Origin: Oopsacas minuta
Taxonomy: Eukaryota; Animalia; Porifera
Reading direction: 5' to 3'
NCBI GenBank assembly: GCA_024704765.1
Contig: JAKMXF010000335.1
Span: 208,141 to 272,140, forward strand
DNA: 64,000 bases
Each line of letters opens with the position of its first letter. The first letter of the stretch is position 1. The translations under genes and the position numbers were made by a program. Positions 56,374 to 64,000 of the stretch are shown in pieces. Under the pieces are notes generated by a model. It was given only the letters and a program-made list of their open reading frames with translations, had not been told where the DNA came from and did no database searches.

Positions 56374-56469
56374 TTGTCACAGCAAACTGTGCAACAAGAT
56401 ACTACTAGAATGATTCAAGATTGTTTTAATCATTCTAGTAGTATCTTGTTGCACAGTTTGCTGTGACAA
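56374..56469. repeat. Perfect 42-bp inverted repeat with 12-nt loop
   Basis: 56374-56415 is the exact reverse complement of 56428-56469. Confidence 0.95.
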
Positions 56470-56740
56470 GGGTCAATTTTGGGGACTTTTGCTTTACGTA
56501 ACGTTTGAACGACGACTATATGTCAGATAATGCTATACTACAGTCAACTATTATATCCAAGCTCAAGGGACCACTATAATTACTTTAAAATATACGGAAT
56601 TCGAAAAAACTGATGAAGTTTAGGATATCTTAACGGTTTGGGACCATATTTGTACAATTTCTGACTTCTTTATCTGTCCGTATTTATTCTAACTAGAGTT
56701 GATTGTATTATTTTCAGCATAACTAGATATACGTAATATA

Positions 56741-59700
56741 ATGAATGTTAGTATAATCTCTAAATCAAAAGATGAAGACGCTATATTCCACCAATTCCAG
56801 TCTCTTGATAAAGCTGGAGTGCTCCAAGAAGTCCGAACATTCAATAAAAGTCCGATTTCTCCTAAAACCTGCTTAGTCATCCTCAGTAAGCTTATATACC
56901 TATTGAACCATGGATACGTCGTGAATACGTCTGAAGCAACCGACGCATTCTTCGCAGCAACTAAACTATTCCAATCGCAAGACATAGCCCTTAGACGTAT
57001 GATATATCTTGTTATACGGGAGTTAGCGACAATAGCAGATGACGTCATAATCGTGACGAGTAGCTTGACGAAGGATTTGACTGGAAAACAGGAGTTGTTA
57101 CGATCTGGTGCGTTACGTGCTCTCTGTACAGTTATAGACCCGTCTATGCTGCAGAGTATTGAGAGGTATATGAAACAGGCTATAGTGGACAAGTGAGTTT
57201 ATTGAGGTAATACAAATTTTACGAGTAGAAATCAGTTAGTATGTACTTTTCTCCAAAACGGATGATCAATTCTTTTACTAATAGTAGAGGAAAATATTCG
57301 GATAAGACATACTTGTACGTCTTATCCTAGTTCTACTGTGGGATTATATAGTTCTGATGTGATCTCATCGATTGTAATCGTATTCAACTCCAACACTATT
57401 CAAAGAAGGGTAGTGACGGTCTGAGAGTCTGGCAGACCCTGACCCGGGCCGGTGTTTACCCATAAAACTTATTTCTAGGAATCCCAGTGTATCATCAGCA
57501 GCTTTAGTATCATCCTACCGTCTACTAGCTACTAGTGCTGACTTCATAAAACGTTGGGGTGGTGAGATACAAGAAGCTAGTACTCATGAACAACAGATGA
57601 TTCAGTATCATGCTACAGGCTTATTGTATAAGATAAGGAAACATGATAGATTAGCTGTATCTAAGCTTGTCACTAAACTGTCGAAATCAACACGGTCTCC
57701 TCATGCTTGTTGTATGCTAATTAGGATAATTGCTAGGTAAGTTTGGATGCAGTAGAATACTTAACAAGTTGTCTATGGAGTCTCTATTGATAAGAATCTA
57801 TTGTATTTCTACATAGACATTCACCGTTAGAAGCTACTCATCAAGACTTCATAGAGAGCTGCTTACGTCACAAGAATGAGATGGTAGTTTATGAAGCAGC
57901 TTGCGCTATAATACGTCTTAAACAGAATCAAAGTAGCAGAGAGATACAATCTGCTATATCTGTGCTATCTGTGTTCCTGTCTAATCCTAAAGCTGTGCTT
58001 AAGTATGCAGCAGCTAAGACTCTATCTAGAGTGAGTTATTGCACAGTCAACTTCTGTTATATCGAACACGGATAAATCAAAATACCCGCTTATACCGAAG
58101 TCATAAATAGTACCAAAATGATCCTTAACCGTAAAAGGAACATATATATATATATATCATCGGTCATATCGAGTAATTATCACGGTCCCTTGAGCTTCTA
58201 TCTAACGAGAGTTGACTGGAAATTTATATATTCTGAGATACCAGATATAATTCCTTTACACACTATAGGTTGCTATGGAACAGCCTGGATCAGTAACAAT
58301 CTGTAATCTAGACTTAGAGAATTTGGTACAGGATCCTAACAGAAGTATAGCTACGCTAGCTATAACTACACTACTCAAGACTGGTACCGAAGCTAGTGTA
58401 GAGAGATTAATGAAACAGATAGCTAAGTTTATGGGAGATATTCCTGATGAGTTCAAAGTTATTGTTATGATGGTATGATCATTTATAGGAACCACATGTT
58501 TAGGTTTTAGCAATATTCTTAAGAAATATACGTGTGTATACCTATCGATATATTTACCAGCAATAGAAAACTCGTAATATATTTCTACAGTGTAACCTTC
58601 ACTAACGGAGCACCAGTGACGCCGAAAAAGCTACCCCGTTTGTAGATGTGATTTGTATGTGACTAGGAATTCGCTCTAACTCCGTTTCCACAGGCCCGTT
58701 TGTAGACGTTACGCTGTATATAGTTATTTGCCAATTAAATTCGCTTAATTAGCACTTAATGTATTTTGCCTATAGTCAATACAGTCTTTATGTCAGAAGT
58801 TTCCTAAGAAGCATCAGCTTGTAATGTCACATCTCTCCTCCTGGTTAAGAGAGGAAGGAGGTTATGAATATAAGAAAGCTATTGTTACTACTCTACTGTT
58901 GATTATTGATTCTAATCCAGAGATGAAGGAGATAGCTCTAGGACATTTATGTAAGTGGAATTATCTAGCTTTTTAATACAAATATGCAATGCCCCATGTC
59001 TAGCTAAATACAACATTCCTTCCAGGAATTATCATCACTATGGTTACCACGTATTATTACAGCCTTTATTCCTAGGTGAATTTATTGAGGATTGTGAACA
59101 TTCAGATTTAGCTTGTGAAGTGCTACGCATGATCGGTAAGGAAGGTCCCAAAGCGTCAAACCCTCGTACATATATACAGTATGTATACAATAGAGTATTG
59201 CTAGAAAGTCCACAGGTTAGAGCTGCAGCTATTAGCGTGTTAGGATCATTTGGCAGTGAATGTCCTGATCTGCTACCTAGTGTTGTCGTACTGCTTGAGA
59301 GATGTTTGTTGGATGATGATAATCTTGTTAGAGATAGAGCTAGTCTGTTGTTAGCTATGTTAAGTCAGGATACAGGCGCTAGTCTTATTACTGATGGATT
59401 ACAGGTTAGTTGTACTGGGAATTTGCTCTATATATTTCTACTCTGTTTCCACAGCGTAGCCTTTCTGGAGGCTACACTGTAGCTAGCTCTTGTATCCACT
59501 GTCCAGTTAATACACTAATTTGTTACTATTTATAGGTTTCCCTATTCGCACTTGAACGCTCACTTCTCTCTTACACAGCCAGACCACAGCAAACACCTTT
59601 CTCACTGAAATCAATACCCCTAGAGGCAGAGGCACTAGAAGAACATACTCTCCCTGATATCACAGGGGAGAAGGAACCGTCTAAAGACCCTGTACCTCAG

Positions 59701-61581
59701 AAAGAGACTACCCTCTCTAAACAGGATCAGCTTTTCGCACAGCTGGGTAGTGTACCTGAGCTATCAGAAATAGGTCTAGTGTTTAAGAGCAGTCATCTAC
59801 CCACGGAGCTAACTGAATCTGAGACTGAGTATGTAGTGCATTGCACTAAACATATGTTCTCACAGGTTTGTAGCTCTTTCTATATAGTCTGTTGTGATAG
59901 ATGGAAATTTGACATGGCCAACTCCTGTTATATCGAACACGTACGTATCAAAATACCCGCTTATATAGAAGTCTGAAATCGTACAAATATGGTCACGTAA
60001 TGGATATCTTATCGGTTATATCGAAGTAATTATTGTGGTCCCTTGAGCTTCATATAACGGCAGTTGGCTCTTACAATGAATCATATCATTCTATACATGA
60101 ATCTATTCACCAAAACCCCTAACGTGCTTCTGTGACTTTGAAAGATAAGTTATGTCCCAGTTTCCATAGTTACCTCGTTTGTATTTGGCCGTGTGGGACT
60201 ATCAATGAGAAATATACTATTTAGCATTTGATCTTTCACAAGAATATTTATTATTTATTACTTGCTGTTATAGCACATCGTATTTCAATTTGATTGTACA
60301 AACACACTCAATGATCAACACCTTGACAGCGTGTATGTTGAAATGGAATGTCAAGGAGATGGATTTGAGATGGATTGCTATATCCCTTGTCCAGCTCTTC
60401 CTTATAACAAGCCTGGTACTAGCTATTGCTGCTTCAAGCTCCCAGATGATAAGATGAATGTTACAGCTACATTCTCTAATACACTTAAATTTACTGTTAG
60501 AGATTGTGATCCTAATACTGGAGAGCCCAATGAAGCAGGTAATGAGAATTATGTATATATTTTGTATAGTGATTAATGGAATGAATTTTTGTATTCTGTT
60601 TTGACGAAATGTCCTCTTATATGCTTTTTAGTTATCTAACCATGGATGTTTGTTTAGTATTGTATGTAATATACAAAACTCAAAATGACCAACAACAACA
60701 ATATCCAAGCAGATAAACTATATCTACCATTCATGGATAATAACTAACAAGCATATGCTTTCCCTTTCCAATTAAGAATACCTCTTGAATAGTAGACGAG
60801 GTGATTATTTGTTTTAAAGTATATAATCACGTGCCACATGTCATAAATATATTCACAAATCGCCTCACATGCTTCAAGGTAGTTGTATGATCATTTATAC
60901 GACATATTTGGACTAATTTTAACCATTAGTGTGAGTATTATCGAGGTTCCCTTTTCCCATACCTTATAGGCTATGAAGAGGAATATGTGCTAAAAGACAT
61001 CAGTCTAGATTTATCAGATCACATACAGGGATTAATAAGACCTAATTTCTCCAGCAGCTGGGATCAAATTGGAGGGGAGAATCAAATAGAAGAGACTATG
61101 GCACTATCCACGTCTAATACTGTAGAAGAGGCTATTACACAGCTGATTACATTCCTTAATATGACACCTTGTGATAAGACAAATATGGTATGGAAGTTAT
61201 TAGAATTACCGATTCTTTGATATGTAGTAGTCATGCAGTATGTCGGATATAAGCACCATCCTCTGGAAAACGGTTCTCATATATTCCTGTATATGTATAC
61301 CGGTTATAAGGACATGTATTGCTATTCCCAAGGGTGTTTTAACCTGTACTTATTTGATAGTTGTCATAGCGAGACTATAAATCATTAACATATACTTTGT
61401 AATGTAGGTCGATTGCTCAAAGAAATCACACACACTCCTCTTATCCGGTGTATTCCGTGGAGGTCATGACGTATTAATCCGAGCTAAGCTAATACAATCA
61501 AATGCTGTTACAATGCAAATAACAGTACGGAGTCCTGATATAGCTACTTGTGACTTAGTAGCTCAATCACTAGTTAGTTGA
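56741..61581 (+). CDS. COPG: Coatomer subunit gamma
   Basis: Exons 56741-57192, 57479-57736, 57817-58030, 58269-58472, 58776-58950, 59076-59404, 59536-59865, 60274-60538, 60970-61187, 61408-61581; 2619 nt = 872 aa. [62 protein letters not shown]. Confidence 0.96.
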
Positions 61582-62884
61582 TAGAGGCAGAGAATAGAGA
61601 GAATATTTGATGTAGTTTATTGTTTGTTATCAGCCAATTTGTTAATTAATATATGCTAGGTTTACATAGAAAGTTAATTACAGCTGTTATACTTTCTCTG
61701 TTAATATTGGGGGCTTTTAGCTATTATTTGCGTACATAATTCTATGTCATATATACAGCCTCGAGGAATTGCCCTGTCGAGATTTGATAATAAATGAGAT
61801 ATTCCGAAGTTCTAGGAAACACATGTTTTCTATGGATGTATGGCTCTGTTTTGTCTAAGTGTTTGGGAATAGTTGTCCTGAAAGCAAGTTAATGTGCTAT
61901 CAAGACAAACCCATATTACAAAATTATCAGAATTGGTAAATGCTATTATTGTCATAACCAGTATTATCATACATTTGTTTGATTGTATGTCTCTGAGAAT
62001 TCTTTTGCCCCAGAGTTGTATCTACGCACAAGTTTATGGCGATTTTACGATAACTTTGTAATATCACTTACATAATTATCTGTAGTGTAGTCAAGCATGC
62101 TGAATCCGATTTTACGGATACATCCCTTACGAAGTGACCTAGTCAAACACTCACATACAGTGATCGTCTATTAGCTTGTTTTTCAGGGACTTAGAGTCCA
62201 TTTTGTATTTGAAATAATCCTCTAATAGCAAGGGAGATTCGTGCGAATTACGACTTGCTAACAGGCGAGCTCCACTGTACATGAATGTTCACAAATTCAA
62301 TAAAGACATTAGCAGAAGGGACAATGTGCCCTCATTGATTATAACCACAAGTACAGAATGGTTTCTTTTTGTTAAACTAATTTCCTAATATCTAACCTTT
62401 CTTATCAGGCAAAGATTTGTACACATGGATTCATAAATTGGGTTAGACCACATAGTGAACCTATAATAATAATACGATCATTTCCCGCGTTAGTTCGAAG
62501 CTCGAAGGTGTTTGTTATTCGTTATTTGTACAATTTCAGATTATGATATAGCAGGTAATTCGATATACCGGGGGTTGGCTGTATCGTGTGTCTAATAGTT
62601 TTCCTTTAATACATATCGTGAGCATGTTTACGCGTGCATTGTGTCTGTAATCCAATAAGATATCCAAATAATATATTTATGATACTAGAGACACTATGAG
62701 TATATACGTACGTATTTATGATTGTAATGATATCCTATACGTGTATACGTTTGTTGTACTGGCTTCTTCAAATGAAAAGCCATATCATCTCGTTATAGGC
62801 CTCCAGGTTCGTATATGAAGATTCTTTACATGAACAAAACCCGTTTTTGTAATTTATAATTAGCATTTTGATTTTTATTATAAT

Positions 62885-63670
62885 ATGTCTAAAGGAGTTG
62901 TAAGTGAAGAAGAGATTTCGAATGTGGAAACTGGTTCAACATTTCGTAAAGTTACAAGTGAAAATCATATCCCCGCACTTTCTAGCGCGGAAAATGGAAA
63001 AGCTAAATGGACCACACAGCGTTCGAACGTACCAAAAGCTTTTCGTATAATATTCGCCGTCACAGCACACGTTGTATTGCTAATCGGCGTTGGAGAACCA
63101 TTTTACCTCCTAAAACCACCTTTGAACGATCAAACAGAATACTCAGTAAATATTCTATTCAAATGGCACGTGTGTTGCTCTGTTATGTTAGTTGCAATTT
63201 TCACTGAATCTATTTGGGTGTTCAGTGGCTCAATTGGTCTCTTCCCATTTTGGGGTCCAACTGCCAAATTTAGAGCTCATGTATTCATCTACCTAATATC
63301 GTATGTGTGGTGCTTTGCTGGATGGTATGTCGCTTCTTTCAATCATTTCCTAGCAGGACGACCTTATTACGCGTCCTGGCATGGAATACTGGGTCTGATT
63401 TTGAATATTTACATGATTGTGAATTGGCTTGCTGGCTGCTCACTGTTATACGATAGGATACGGACAAACTTCGTGATGGAGATTTATATCTGGTCGCTTG
63501 TGCTGATACTCACAGCGATGGCCGTCGTAGTTTACACATCAATGTTCTCGTTTTGGTTCACACGGACATTTTACGGAGCGTCTTGGCATCTCCATTTCTT
63601 TGTACTTGTCGGATGGTATTTATACACATTAGTTACATTATTGACTATTAGAAACCAAGTATATGTTTAG
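62885..63670 (+). CDS. Cytochrome b561 domain-containing protein (CYB561D-like), intronless
   Basis: 261-aa ORF, about 6 TM segments; FKWHV, FRAHVFI, SWHGILGL, and SMFSFWFT resembling the CYB561D2 pattern. Confidence 0.75.
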   Translation: MSKGVVSEEEISNVETGSTFRKVTSENHIPALSSAENGKAKWTTQRSNVPKAFRIIFAVTAHVVLLIGVGEPFYLLKPPLNDQTEYSVNILFKWHVCCSVMLVAIFTESIWVFSGSIGLFPFWGPTAKFRAHVFIYLISYVWCFAGWYVASFNHFLAGRPYYASWHGILGLILNIYMIVNWLAGCSLLYDRIRTNFVMEIYIWSLVLILTAMAVVVYTSMFSFWFTRTFYGASWHLHFFVLVGWYLYTLVTLLTIRNQVYV

Positions 63671-64000
63671 TTTTTTATTCAGAATCTCGTTTATAAAGTT
63701 GTGATTATATTGATTGTTCCAAGCATACTATACATAAGCGTGTTTATTGGAGGCAAAATCGGGCTGAGTATATATAGCAATTAACCCAGACACCCTAAAG
63801 TTCTCGCGCTCACAACGCTCAGGCTTAGTCACCTCTTCTTTTGAACAATCCTGGCTAAGTGGGTAATAAATTTCACTTTTTACTACCGAGTATAAAGCGG
63901 TTATCCGCGCTCTATATTGTAGGTAAAACTTTAATATTAAAATATGTATAAGAATACATTTAATAGGCCAGCTCTTATGTTGCTAGGATGAGTCATTCAG

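Overview
AT-rich, compact eukaryotic (animal) genomic window. The small introns and intronless coiled-coil+NHL genes suggest a non-bilaterian, possibly a glass sponge such as Oopsacas; this is inference and unverified. I reconstructed 14 protein-coding genes by hand from GT/GC-AG splice sites with phase checks: a homeodomain + TFII-I-like gene (5' end not found), a DOK-like PH-PTB adaptor, PKG, RPL13A, CCDC39, a divergent SLC2-type transporter, NDUFS6, an 811-aa D/D-domain low-complexity protein, RSK, a headcase homolog, two tandem NHL-repeat genes, gamma-COP and a cytochrome b561-domain protein. Introns and spacers carry many non-autonomous TIR elements (several CAGT-ended, TA-TSD families and hAT-like families with 8-bp TSDs); no transposase is present. 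The most striking observation is the gene at 3375-6959, which appears to fuse an HDX-like atypical homeodomain to both the TFII-I N-terminal domain and a GTF2I I-repeat, a family usually described as vertebrate/chordate. Other leads: possible operon-like organisation or trans-splicing, a sharp CpG mosaic between exons, a perfect 42-bp hairpin, and proteins with altered key residues. All homology calls are by-eye comparisons to remembered family sequences; no database search was run.
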